A stretch of 64,000 bases of DNA from a virus: IMG/VR virus record IMGVR_UViG_3300022074_000005; one strand, 5' to 3'. The notes beneath the pieces are model-generated. The model was not told the DNA's origin and made no database searches. It saw nothing but the letters and a program-made list of their open reading frames with translations. A program made the position numbers and the translations under genes. Position 1 is the first letter of the stretch. Each line of letters starts with the position of its first letter. Of this stretch, positions 38,244-47,356 are shown piece by piece.

Positions 38244-38303
38244 ATTGGTAATTATTTATTATGGTGCGACATGGCCTTCGCTAGATTTCTGAAACTTTTT
38301 TCC

Positions 38304-38762
38304 TCATTCCCACACATAGAAGATGTGGTCACCTATCTGTATGGTCTTTCTCTTCGTTGATGCCCACTCTGGTGTTACATATGTGGCGTGATAGTGCGTA
38401 GCGCCGAGCGTTATATCCTCTGCCTTTAAAGAATTAGCAATGGCGGCGGCCATCATTGCGTTCTTCCATGCTTCCTTATATCTGATCTTATCTGATTTAC
38501 CATCGCAATACCAAGAGAATTGGCAACGATTTTTTACGGGCCAATAGATAGGGTCTAGCGTATCATCGTTCCTTGTCTTCCAACTCTCATACACTGGTCC
38601 TTGTTCTACTACTTCGCATATAGTATTGGGAAATCTTTTGTCCTCTACTCTATTCAGTACTACTTGAGCGACTGCGACTTGACCCTCAAATGGTTGATTT
38701 TTTGCCTCGTGATATACATTCATTGCAAGACATAAAAATCCAGCTGCAATTGTCTCAAACAT
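38304..38762 (-). CDS. SleB-like cell wall hydrolase (Hydrolase_2)
   Basis: CLAMNVYHEA, AVAQVVLNRV, CQFSWYCDG, GATHYHATYVTPEW, IGDHIFY. Confidence 0.92.
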   Translation of the reverse strand: MFETIAAGFLCLAMNVYHEAKNQPFEGQVAVAQVVLNRVEDKRFPNTICEVVEQGPVYESWKTRNDDTLDPIYWPVKNRCQFSWYCDGKSDKIRYKEAWKNAMMAAAIANSLKAEDITLGATHYHATYVTPEWASTKRKTIQIGDHIFYVWE

Positions 38763-39303
38763 TTCCTACCACCCATCCTACTAATGATTTTCTGATACCT
38801 TTTGTGACAGGTTTAACTCTATGCCATATATGACTAGGAAAGACAATCATATCGCCTTTTTGTAATTTAAATGTTGTTGTAGTAGAGTACTCTGGTATCG
38901 GATGTGGATTGCATATTTCAAAATCTCCGCCCTCATAATCATCATTAAGACATAAAGTAAAACTTAACTTTCGTATAGTGTTATTTTCATAAGGCGTTAG
39001 TTGATCTACATGCCAGTTATAAAAATCACCTTCGTTATATATTGTGTATTGTAATGATTCAAATGCTGTTATTGAGTAATTCCACTTACTCTCTTTATTT
39101 GAAAATTGAACAAAATGATTTAATGTTTTTTGTAATTCTTTATCTGCATTTCTTATCCATGATATTTTAGAACTTCTATTTGCATGGTTACCATATGCTA
39201 GTTTTGCTTGCTCAATAGTTTGTGACTCGCCGTTGTTTATTATTTTGTCACAAAAACTATTTGGTATACACTCTTCATTTATATGATATATTTTATCATT
39301 CAT
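38755..39303 (-). CDS. 2OG-Fe(II) oxygenase (PKHD/prolyl-4-hydroxylase-like)
   Basis: QYTIY...FYNWHVD, RKLSFT, YEGGDFE, FPSHIWHRVKPVTKGIRKSLVGW. Confidence 0.88.
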   Translation of the reverse strand: MNDKIYHINEECIPNSFCDKIINNGESQTIEQAKLAYGNHANRSSKISWIRNADKELQKTLNHFVQFSNKESKWNYSITAFESLQYTIYNEGDFYNWHVDQLTPYENNTIRKLSFTLCLNDDYEGGDFEICNPHPIPEYSTTTTFKLQKGDMIVFPSHIWHRVKPVTKGIRKSLVGWVVGNV

Positions 39304-39913
39304 TGTCTATATCCTTTCTAAAGTATGAATCAACATGATTTTTCGTCAACTTTGGCGTTCTCTCGTTCAGTTTGTCATTGTATTGATTTGCATGTTCAAA
39401 TATCTTTGGTTTGTCGATTGTGATATTGTTTTTCTGCAACATTTGTATATGTTCTTTGATTGTAGGGTGTCCTCTAAGTCCATTGTAAACTTTCTGTATG
39501 TCGGTATACGCTAGTGTATCGTTTTGTATCTTTGAATACAATAGTTTTAACATTTGTCCTTTGATTTTGTCAGTTTCCTCAAGATTTGCAAGAAGATTGG
39601 TGACATAGAATATTTTATGTGGTATTTTTTTGTATTGTAGTGTGTTTATAACTCCTTGACATATCGCCAGTTCTATGTCTGGTTTGACGTTAGAATGACG
39701 CCCTAGAAAAGTCCAACATATCGCAATCTCATCGTCCTTGTCAATATCGTAAAAGTGTATGGCTTCATGTACACGACTTGCGATAAACAAATTACTCGCA
39801 CCACCTTCTCCATGATTATAATGTTCTAGATCATTTTGATATGCGTAGATATCCGCCCAAGTGCTTCCTTGAGAGTATTTTGTAAACGAGCAACCAAATG
39901 TAAAATATCTCAT
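39296..39913 (-). CDS. SGNH-like hydrolase/acyltransferase-like protein
   Basis: FTFGCSFT (GDS-like), NHGEGGASN, C-terminal GHPT. Confidence 0.6.
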   Translation of the reverse strand: MRYFTFGCSFTKYSQGSTWADIYAYQNDLEHYNHGEGGASNLFIASRVHEAIHFYDIDKDDEIAICWTFLGRHSNVKPDIELAICQGVINTLQYKKIPHKIFYVTNLLANLEETDKIKGQMLKLLYSKIQNDTLAYTDIQKVYNGLRGHPTIKEHIQMLQKNNITIDKPKIFEHANQYNDKLNERTPKLTKNHVDSYFRKDIDNE

Positions 39914-40638
39914 GTGCTAATGTCCAAGTCTTGAAACCAATTATAGTCAATTGATTCTCTCTTACGTAACCACGGTGGATTTTTATCAAGATTATATTTG
40001 TTAATAAAATCTGTTATCTCTTTTGTTGGTTGCATTTTAAATACCTCTATCAAATACTTTAAATGCTGTCTCATGCTTGGATGAGCATCACCATGTAGTG
40101 TATCATCTGGGTTTTGTATTTTACCCCCCATACATACGTCAATCATGGATGGTTTAAGTTTTGATAGCACATCATGATATAATATTGCAATAGATGGTGT
40201 CATGCTCTTTTTAAAGTTTGCCATAGAAAACATGTCAAATGGTATACCTGATTGTTGCAACATGTCATAAGAGTTTTGTATGATCATTGCGTCTCTCTGC
40301 GAATACAGCGATCTATCGTCCTCTGTATATTCTCTGTCTTTATAGTTCATGACAATACTACCCTTGAGTTGCCATACGTTGTTTTCTATAATGCTATTAC
40401 GATCAATATCTGTCCAACAGACCATAACCAAATCATTCTCATCGATATCATAAAATTTTATAGCTTGAGAGAGTCGAGTTCCGATAAACAGGTTACAAGC
40501 CGCAGAAGCGCCAAAGTTGTAAAATTTTTTAGGTTCTAGTTTTGCCGCAAGTATGTTCGCCCATGTGTTTAATCTGTATTTTGTAAAGCTACATCCAAAT
40601 GTAAACAATCTTGCTGGTTTGATCTTGTTAATATCCAT
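39910..40638 (-). CDS. SGNH-like hydrolase/acyltransferase-like protein (paralog)
   Basis: FTFGCSFT, NFGASAACN, DAHPS (DxHP). Confidence 0.62.
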   Translation of the reverse strand: MDINKIKPARLFTFGCSFTKYRLNTWANILAAKLEPKKFYNFGASAACNLFIGTRLSQAIKFYDIDENDLVMVCWTDIDRNSIIENNVWQLKGSIVMNYKDREYTEDDRSLYSQRDAMIIQNSYDMLQQSGIPFDMFSMANFKKSMTPSIAILYHDVLSKLKPSMIDVCMGGKIQNPDDTLHGDAHPSMRQHLKYLIEVFKMQPTKEITDFINKYNLDKNPPWLRKRESIDYNWFQDLDIST

Positions 40639-41701
40639 ACTTTAGACCTCTGTGTGTTTCTAGTCTTTTTACGTATTCCATACCCTTAACATACATGTCA
40701 TTATCAGCTTCTTTAAACAGTTCATCTTCTATTTCTTTATTAGGAATATACCTTACCTTGTCTTTGTCTGGTATGTGTCGTATGGATAGTGTGTTAGGGT
40801 TTATTACTGCCGCCCATTCTATTGGTATGTTATAATGCTTCTCTATGTCTTTCAAGTCATATACATTTAGCATTGATACTGCAACATTGAGACAGTTGAT
40901 GTCTTTACGATATAGTGCTAGGTTTTTCTCAAACTCAAATACATTGATAGGGTACCTTATCCACTTTAATTTCTTACCATAGTGATCTACAGAAACGTTA
41001 AGTATGAGTTTTTTAAATCGTTCCTTAATCCACTCAATAGAATAACCATCGTATTCTGTTTGTGTTAGATTAGTTGATATCAATATCTCTATGTTCTTGG
41101 CTTTGTCTTTTGGTATCTTTGATAGAAACGACCACATTCTAGGTAGTTGTATTGGTTCACCCCCATAAAAACGTAATCGCTTTACGTAATCTATATTTGC
41201 AATAAGATTGTTTTCGACCTCTTCATATCTCTTCTTACCTAGATTGATAGGTTTGTCCATAGTCCAATCTGCTGACTCCATTTCATACCACATATTTTTT
41301 AGACCAGACTTTTGTAATTCTGCTCTACGTGTAGATGAATCAAATGGTATACACATATAACAACCTAGATTGCAAAATGTACCAAAGATACGTAGCTTTA
41401 AGTCTATGTTTTTTACGGTTGTTGGTAGGTCTTTGCCTTGGTTGTATTGTTGTCGATAAGATTCTTGTCCTTCGGCTTCTTTTTTGTAACAAACTTCACA
41501 ACCAGCTATGGCTTTGCCTGATAAAGCATCATCTCTGATCTGCTCCATCTTGGCTGATTTGAAATAGTCAAATGGCATCGTATTATGCAGGTTCATGTCG
41601 GCAATGTCAGGGTTTATATCAGCATGACAACAAAATCTGTACTTTGATGCTGAGTCAGAAAATATCTCATTAAATAATTTTATGCAATATGTGTCATTCA
41701 T
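40628..41701 (-). CDS. radical SAM protein with N-terminal Twitch/SPASM-like domain
   Basis: N-terminal YC...FCC...CEVCY; CNLGCYMC; FYGGEP. Confidence 0.85.
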   Translation of the reverse strand: MNDTYCIKLFNEIFSDSASKYRFCCHADINPDIADMNLHNTMPFDYFKSAKMEQIRDDALSGKAIAGCEVCYKKEAEGQESYRQQYNQGKDLPTTVKNIDLKLRIFGTFCNLGCYMCIPFDSSTRRAELQKSGLKNMWYEMESADWTMDKPINLGKKRYEEVENNLIANIDYVKRLRFYGGEPIQLPRMWSFLSKIPKDKAKNIEILISTNLTQTEYDGYSIEWIKERFKKLILNVSVDHYGKKLKWIRYPINVFEFEKNLALYRKDINCLNVAVSMLNVYDLKDIEKHYNIPIEWAAVINPNTLSIRHIPDKDKVRYIPNKEIEDELFKEADNDMYVKGMEYVKRLETHRGLKYGY

Positions 41702-42152
41702 AATTTCTTTTTATGTATTTAACAACCTTGTCAGCAAGTGTTATATCGTCTTGTAGATTACCAACAACACTATTACAAGGTTGACATATGATACCCTTGA
41801 ATTTACCTGTCTTGTAGTCATGGTCATATGTCCATACTGTTTTTTTCATCGTTCTTTGAAACAATCTATATTGTTCTAATATAGTTGGCTCATCACGACC
41901 ACAACAATCACACACATGATTGTCTGGTATTGCACCTATTTGTTTTTTGATATTGGAAACTTGTTTTGCGGCGATCTTATCACATGCTTTGCAATAGTTC
42001 TTATATTCTTTGTCACCATTTTTGTTATATGACCTATGTGCGAAATCTGTATAATGCTTAGACTCATTGCATCTGCGACAAGTTTTTAGTTCATCATCAA
42101 TTTGAACAGTTGATAGTTCATCGAAGTATGGGTTAACCATGTCATGCACCAA
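41694..42152 (-). CDS. endonuclease VII-family nuclease with N-terminal zinc finger
   Basis: CRRC...CKAC; CDCCG...DHDYKTGKFKGIICQPCN. Confidence 0.8.
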   Translation of the reverse strand: MVHDMVNPYFDELSTVQIDDELKTCRRCNESKHYTDFAHRSYNKNGDKEYKNYCKACDKIAAKQVSNIKKQIGAIPDNHVCDCCGRDEPTILEQYRLFQRTMKKTVWTYDHDYKTGKFKGIICQPCNSVVGNLQDDITLADKVVKYIKRNYE

Positions 42153-42468
42153 AATATGCCTTTAGTAATCCCATGACTAGCACCATGACTAGAGCACCAT
42201 TTAACATAATCAGAGCTCTATCGTGCCACAGCATTCCTACTGTAAACCATCCAACAGTTCCTATCAAACTAAACCATAGATCAAACATTGGTAACGTGCC
42301 TGTTGCTCGACTAGCAACTGCTAGTAAAATTAATACAGACGATGCCCACTTGACATACCATGATAGATCATGTCTTGGTGTTATCTTCTTATATACTCTT
42401 GATGAGTTTAATGCTTTTATCTTATCGTTTAATTTTTCATTCATATTAATAACTTGCATACAAAACAA
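42142..42468 (-). CDS. small membrane protein
   Basis: Three hydrophobic segments; SWYVKW and WHDRAL motifs; true start may be MNEKL. Confidence 0.7.
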   Translation of the reverse strand: MFCMQVINMNEKLNDKIKALNSSRVYKKITPRHDLSWYVKWASSVLILLAVASRATGTLPMFDLWFSLIGTVGWFTVGMLWHDRALIMLNGALVMVLVMGLLKAYFGA

Positions 42469-42712
42469 ATAATATACATGCTGTCCAAATTATTGCTAGA
42501 GTATGATTACCTAGATTACCCCAATCACTATTAACTGTATTAGTTTGATCGTGAGGGTCTATTAGTTTTTGTTTTAACGTTTGGTTTTTTTCATCTATTT
42601 TGATTAATGGTGCCGAATGGGTATCATTACCAAATTGATCTGTTGTATCAAATAATTCTAGTTGTTCTTTATCACTCATAAGGGTCTCCACAATAAGAGC
42701 CAAACCAATCAC
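42446..42712 (-). CDS. hypothetical protein with C-terminal TM
   Basis: Operon packing; likely start MSDKEQ. Confidence 0.55.
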   Translation of the reverse strand: MIGLALIVETLMSDKEQLELFDTTDQFGNDTHSAPLIKIDEKNQTLKQKLIDPHDQTNTVNSDWGNLGNHTLAIIWTACILFVLYASY

Positions 42713-42899
42713 CTTCGTTTGTTTTTAAAATATGTCTGTTGTTATCGCTGTCGTAGTAAGATACTTTTTTTCTTACATCTTCAGCCCAATCACTACACTC
42801 ATATACTGTCATTGGTTCTACACCAATGTCTGCAAGTTTAACACAATCCATTACGTACATGCCACCAACTAGCAATATAGCACAAAAGGTGTCTACCAC
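42672..42899 (-). CDS. hypothetical protein
   Basis: Overlapping operon packing, SD GGAG. Confidence 0.55.
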   Translation of the reverse strand: MVDTFCAILLVGGMYVMDCVKLADIGVEPMTVYECSDWAEDVRKKVSYYDSDNNRHILKTNEGDWFGSYCGDPYE

Positions 42900-43120
42900 A
42901 TGCCCTCCGTATAAATTTGAAACTCTTCCTCTTTCTCATATCCAACAACGAAAGCACCTTTATCAATACCTACGTGTGTTTCGCCTGCTCGTTCTAATGA
43001 GAATGTAAAATCTTCGCCATCTTTGTATCCTAGATAATCGCCACCACGTTTGTTCGCCCAAAATTGTGCGACCCTTGAGCTCCTATGAACACTATAAGTT
43101 GCGTATTCTTTATTAGACAC
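42893..43120 (-). CDS. hypothetical protein
   Basis: Overlapping operon packing (GTG start). Confidence 0.55.
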   Translation of the reverse strand: MSNKEYATYSVHRSSRVAQFWANKRGGDYLGYKDGEDFTFSLERAGETHVGIDKGAFVVGYEKEEEFQIYTEGMW

Positions 43121-43325
43121 CTAGCGCCCTCGTCATTTCTTCCTCTGTCAATGGTAAGTGTTTACCACTTGATAAATGATCGACCAATTGTTCGAAATAA
43201 AATGCCTCGTCTTCTTTACCTTCACTTTTTAATACTGTACCTGCCATCTTTAGACACTTAAAAAACTTCATGTCATTATGACTTGTATCTTTACTTTGAT
43301 ACTTACCTTTTCTTTGATTTGACAT
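43113..43325 (-). CDS. hypothetical protein
   Basis: SD GAGG; overlapping packing. Confidence 0.65.
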   Translation of the reverse strand: MSNQRKGKYQSKDTSHNDMKFFKCLKMAGTVLKSEGKEDEAFYFEQLVDHLSSGKHLPLTEEEMTRALGV

Positions 43326-43422
43326 GTTTAACCTCTTCCTTATTCCATAATACTAATAATCCCATAATCGCAAGATAGATTACTGCAAAACCAGCTAAAG
43401 ACAAAAATACTTCAAATATCAT
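43303..43422 (-). CDS. single-TM micropeptide (39 aa)
   Basis: MIFEVFLSLAGFAVIYLAIMGLLVLWNKEEVKHVKSKKR; overlaps both neighbours. Confidence 0.5.
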   Translation of the reverse strand: MIFEVFLSLAGFAVIYLAIMGLLVLWNKEEVKHVKSKKR

Positions 43423-43528
43423 TTTTGTTTTCACCTTCTCTTTTCATCGCATAGAGTATCGCCGCAAACACAGCGACAGACACACCTATACCTAAAAAAA
43501 ATAATAATATACCTGAAGTTAAATCCAT
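43412..43528 (-). CDS. single-TM micropeptide (38 aa)
   Basis: MDLTSGILLFFLGIGVSVAVFAAILYAMKREGENKNDI. Confidence 0.5.
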   Translation of the reverse strand: MDLTSGILLFFLGIGVSVAVFAAILYAMKREGENKNDI

Positions 43529-43596
43529 GATATAATTTTATGTACTAATAAAATACCACCAATAAGTGATACGCCTAATATTGCAAAACTAAGCAT
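43519..43596 (-). CDS. single-TM micropeptide (25 aa)
   Basis: MLSFAILGVSLIGGILLVHKIISWI; SD GAGGGG, overlaps upstream stop. Confidence 0.45.
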   Translation of the reverse strand: MLSFAILGVSLIGGILLVHKIISWI

Positions 43597-43801
43597 GTGC
43601 CACCCCCTCATTAATATAGTCTGTTAACCAACTTGTTAAGTCATCCTCAAATTCATCGTATCCAAGAAGTGACCAAGCACAGTCCTTATCTTTTAACTCG
43701 TTAACTGCAAGTTCGATTAACCAACCGTCTTTTACAGCATCAATTGCTTTAGACATAGCATTTTCTGCCTCTGTCCAAAAATAGTCTTTTGTTTTACTCA
43801 T
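43589..43801 (-). CDS. early hypothetical protein
   Basis: SD GAGAGG; first gene after promoter 43823-51. Confidence 0.7.
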   Translation of the reverse strand: MSKTKDYFWTEAENAMSKAIDAVKDGWLIELAVNELKDKDCAWSLLGYDEFEDDLTSWLTDYINEGVAHA

Positions 43802-43822
43802 TATGACCTCTCTTTCATTATT

Positions 43823-43851
43823 AATATATCACGATTCGTCTTGATTGTCAA
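43823..43851 (-). promoter_or_regulatory. sigma70-like early promoter
   Basis: TTGACA-17 bp-TATATT; shares 14-nt TCTTGATTGTCAAT with promoter at 63903-31. Confidence 0.75.
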
Positions 43852-44044
43852 TGGTATTATTTTGTTCAGATGTTCTCTTTTTGTTCTTGGCATGGAACAT
43901 CATTAAATTATCCCATTTTATATCGTAAGATTTGTACAATCCACTTTCTTTGTGAGTTTTTAAGAATTCGACTCTTGATTTCTTAGTCTTACATTTTGCA
44001 AATGCATCATACATTTCTTTTAGTGCGGTATCAGTTGTATTCAT
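43829..44044 (-). CDS. early hypothetical protein
   Basis: SD GAGAGG; first gene after promoter 44075-103. Confidence 0.65.
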   Translation of the reverse strand: MNTTDTALKEMYDAFAKCKTKKSRVEFLKTHKESGLYKSYDIKWDNLMMFHAKNKKRTSEQNNTIDNQDES

Positions 44045-44074
44045 ATTAACCTCTCTGTTAGTTGATTCTCTTTA

Positions 44075-44103
44075 ATAATATAGGGTTGAGAGTATATTGT
44101 CAA
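44075..44103 (-). promoter_or_regulatory. sigma70-like early promoter
   Basis: TTGACA-17 bp-TATTAT. Confidence 0.75.
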
Positions 44104-44192
44104 GGCATAAAATACCCTTATTTTAGGGGGTATCCTACTATCCAAAAGGGTTTAAAACACCTGCTAGCGTGTCGCTAAGCGTGTCTAATTTA

Positions 44193-45146
44193 CTATATTT
44201 CTTCGTATTGAGACGTTTCTACGTTTCCTACTGATTTTGTGACTTTTCTAATGCCCCCTTGATCTTGTACAATAGTTCTAATAGGGGTTGTGTTTTTCTT
44301 GATCTTTTTCTTTAAATTTTTTTGTCTAGTTTGAAGTCTTTGATACTTTCTAGTAATACTAGCGAGTTCATCTTTCCTCTTATTTTTGTTCTCTTTTTGT
44401 TCTTTTCTATCTCTAAATGACATATTGGCCGCAACAAGTAATAATACTGCAAGAGGGTCAAATACAAATATGAATATAATAATCAATCCTCTAACTGCCT
44501 CGTCTAACATGTCTTTGGCCTGATCCCCATATACCAATTCAGCAATATACTTGAGTGGTCCTACGTCTGCCTCTATGACTAACTGCTCTTTTTCTACTGC
44601 AAACTTCTCATTGTTTAGTTCTACTATCTTTGTTGTAGATGATTTGATTGCATTGTTAAGTTCAGTTCTTTCTTCTTCTTGTTTCTTTCGTTCTTTTAGT
44701 CCACGTGAAACATACTCCTTATCGATGTAAACTTCTAATGCTTTATCTAATAATGCTAGTGTCTCTTCAGCTCTTATAATCTGTTTCTCTTCAAATACTA
44801 TTTGTTTGTCAATAGTTGATATGATAAGTTGATTGTTACCTGCTGGTCTTACTTGGTCTAAGTGTGCTTTGGATAAGAAACCAAAGATACCAATTGATGT
44901 AATGAATATTAATACTAAGACTGCTGTAAATAGATATGTTTTAAGAGCTCGTCCTAATAGTTTGTTTCGCCAGTTTTGATAAAGCCACGATGCTGTTACT
45001 AACTTACCAACTTCTAATGCACCACCCATGATAGCGATCTGCATCGCAGCGCCACTGAATATTGCCATCAATCCTACGATTGAATAGAATGCAGCGATAC
45101 CAGATATCGCTAGAGCTGTGAATAGTGTTACCAATGCCATCAACAT
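44193..45146 (-). CDS. membrane protein with coiled coil
   Basis: N-terminal TMs, LEVGKLVTASWL, TSIGIFGFLSKAH, DVGPLKYIAEL, FVFDPLAVLLL. Confidence 0.75.
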   Translation of the reverse strand: MLMALVTLFTALAISGIAAFYSIVGLMAIFSGAAMQIAIMGGALEVGKLVTASWLYQNWRNKLLGRALKTYLFTAVLVLIFITSIGIFGFLSKAHLDQVRPAGNNQLIISTIDKQIVFEEKQIIRAEETLALLDKALEVYIDKEYVSRGLKERKKQEEERTELNNAIKSSTTKIVELNNEKFAVEKEQLVIEADVGPLKYIAELVYGDQAKDMLDEAVRGLIIIFIFVFDPLAVLLLVAANMSFRDRKEQKENKNKRKDELASITRKYQRLQTRQKNLKKKIKKNTTPIRTIVQDQGGIRKVTKSVGNVETSQYEEI

Positions 45147-45149
45147 AGA

Positions 45150-45815
45150 TTACTTTCTTCTCTTAAGGTCTAATTGATGTTTTATCCATTCTTTTGCTCT
45201 ACCATTCCTTACTGGTTTTCTCAATAATGATTTAACTCTTTTTGTAACCTCTCTAAACACATCTTCTTTTGCATCATTATTATCTACTACTATAAATCCT
45301 TGTCTAAAATGTAAACTAAACTTACCAATGTTACTTTGTACTGCCTTCCATGATCTAGTTAAAATTGGTTCTGGTACTTTTCTAGGTCTTTTTGCGTTTC
45401 TCTCTAATGCAACGTCTAATGATGTATTTACAAATACCATATATGTGTCATATCCTAATTGTTTTAGATCATTTGATTGTCTTGCAATCTTATCATACTC
45501 TCTAGCTGTACCATCAATGATAAGTCCTAATCGACCCTCGATATAGTTTGCTTGTCTTTTGGCTGTAAGTTTTTTTGCTCTAGTTCTAACGGGGTCTCGT
45601 AAATCTGCTTCCTTATCAGGCATCTGTAAAGACAGACCTGCTTTCTTTAATAGACTTTCAAAAGCATCGTCTGAGTTTACTACTTTAAGACCCTCACCTC
45701 TTATTGTTTTACCTGAAACGTAAGACTTACCTGAACCAGGTCCACCAGCAAGAAATATTGCCTTAAATATATTTGGGTCGTAAACTCCCTCTGTCAGTTG
45801 TTCGAATTTTATCAT
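45150..45815 (-). CDS. P-loop kinase (zeta-toxin/AAA_33-like)
   Basis: FLAGGPGSGKS Walker A, VNSDD, IIDGT, FVNTSLDVALERN..RPR. Confidence 0.8.
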   Translation of the reverse strand: MIKFEQLTEGVYDPNIFKAIFLAGGPGSGKSYVSGKTIRGEGLKVVNSDDAFESLLKKAGLSLQMPDKEADLRDPVRTRAKKLTAKRQANYIEGRLGLIIDGTAREYDKIARQSNDLKQLGYDTYMVFVNTSLDVALERNAKRPRKVPEPILTRSWKAVQSNIGKFSLHFRQGFIVVDNNDAKEDVFREVTKRVKSLLRKPVRNGRAKEWIKHQLDLKRRK

Positions 45816-45924
45816 TTGTATCTTCTCTTAATTCCTTGTAATATTTATCACCACTATTATAGTTTGTTCTATGCTCATTTTGAAAAGTCATTCTTCTTAA
45901 TTTGTGTTTTTTCTTTGTAGTCAT
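45763..45924 (-). CDS. possible small basic protein (53 aa)
   Basis: MTTKKKHKLRRMTF...; SD AAGGGG; overlaps kinase start. Confidence 0.3.
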   Translation of the reverse strand: MTTKKKHKLRRMTFQNEHRTNYNSGDKYYKELREDTNDKIRTTDRGSLRPKYI

Positions 45925-45976
45925 TCTTATACCCCTTTAAGATTAATTAAGCATAATGATGAAATTAAGTAGCCTC

Positions 45977-47356
45977 CTATTCTAATTCGAAAGTTCCACC
46001 TTTTTGACTTTCGTATTCTTCGTATTCGATTGTGCCATTCTTAGGTACTTCTTCACCTGAAGAGTCCTTGACAAGTTTAAACATTGTTTCGTGTTTCTTT
46101 GTACCGATATCAAATTGATGTCTTAATTGTACAATTAAATATTTGCCATCGTAAATATCACTTTCATTAAGATTACTAAAGACACCTTTTACATTTACAC
46201 ACTTACCAGCACCTATTGTAACATTACCGTTTGCTGATGCTGTTGCGCCAATCATTGTTAACAATTCCTTATTCTTTGATTGTTTCTCAAGAAAACTAGA
46301 TTTACCAATTTCACTAGGGGTGAAACTGTAAGATTCTGTATTTGAGTTGTAATTAGACTTATCTTGACCATCATGCTCTGAAACAGCATGTAAAAATGTT
46401 TTTGCGTTGGGAAAATCACCAACTGTTTTACCGTCTCGTTGTATCGGTGCATTACTGTATATAGGATTCTCATCTATTCTCGCATGTTTTAAAAAGTCCT
46501 CAAAGTAATTTACTATCTTTTCATTAAAAGATTTATTGAATATATTGATCTCATCTAACTTACTTGATAACACACCTGTTGCTGTGTTCATTAACATATC
46601 CATACTTTGATTAATTTCAAATGTCATAAGTTTTTTAAAGTCTTCTTCTACGTTAAATGTCTTAGTTGTTCCACCAAGAGTGGCATCATCATCACCATGA
46701 TTAAAATCTGCAACAGTTTTTTGTTCTAACATGTTTTGTAAAGTTCTACAATGATAACCTTCATTGTTTTCAAAAAAGAAATAATGTGGTGAATTGTTTT
46801 TTGATGATACTGACTCTAATAACATTTGTTTTATTGCTTCAAAAGGTCTTACGTTTGGAAAGACAACTCTTTTTAAACCTGTAGAGTGTTCTATGTAGAA
46901 TGGTTTTTTAGATGCAAGTAATTTTTCGTCTCTGAATATATTCTCAATTATTTTAGTTGGGGTTTCATCATATGCTTTAGATATTTTTAATCTAATATTT
47001 TTTAATACTTCATTTGATACAAAATGCAATTGTACAAACTCAGCTTTTACACCTGCTTTAAATTTGGCTTCTACTTTGTTGATAACAAAAGTTTGATCTA
47101 TGTAAATATTTGAATTATCACTTAACGTTGGTGTAGATATTTTTAAAACAAGGTAGTCTTGGCCTCTGACATGTCCTTTTGAAAATATATTATTAGTATC
47201 TACAAAACCAATTGTGCCAGTCATACCTGAACGGTATATGTCTTCGAAAATATTGATTTCTACAGCTAATGCTTTTATATCTACCTTACCACCTGATGTT
47301 GTAATTAGATCGCATTTATCTAAGGTAAATTCACCTGCGTATTGTATACCTGCCAT
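45977..47356 (-). CDS. baseplate hub protein (gp27-like)
   Basis: INIFEDIYRSGMTG, YFFFENNEGY, GKYLIVQLRH...KLVKDS; directly after gp53. Confidence 0.7.
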   Translation of the reverse strand: MAGIQYAGEFTLDKCDLITTSGGKVDIKALAVEINIFEDIYRSGMTGTIGFVDTNNIFSKGHVRGQDYLVLKISTPTLSDNSNIYIDQTFVINKVEAKFKAGVKAEFVQLHFVSNEVLKNIRLKISKAYDETPTKIIENIFRDEKLLASKKPFYIEHSTGLKRVVFPNVRPFEAIKQMLLESVSSKNNSPHYFFFENNEGYHCRTLQNMLEQKTVADFNHGDDDATLGGTTKTFNVEEDFKKLMTFEINQSMDMLMNTATGVLSSKLDEINIFNKSFNEKIVNYFEDFLKHARIDENPIYSNAPIQRDGKTVGDFPNAKTFLHAVSEHDGQDKSNYNSNTESYSFTPSEIGKSSFLEKQSKNKELLTMIGATASANGNVTIGAGKCVNVKGVFSNLNESDIYDGKYLIVQLRHQFDIGTKKHETMFKLVKDSSGEEVPKNGTIEYEEYESQKGGTFELE

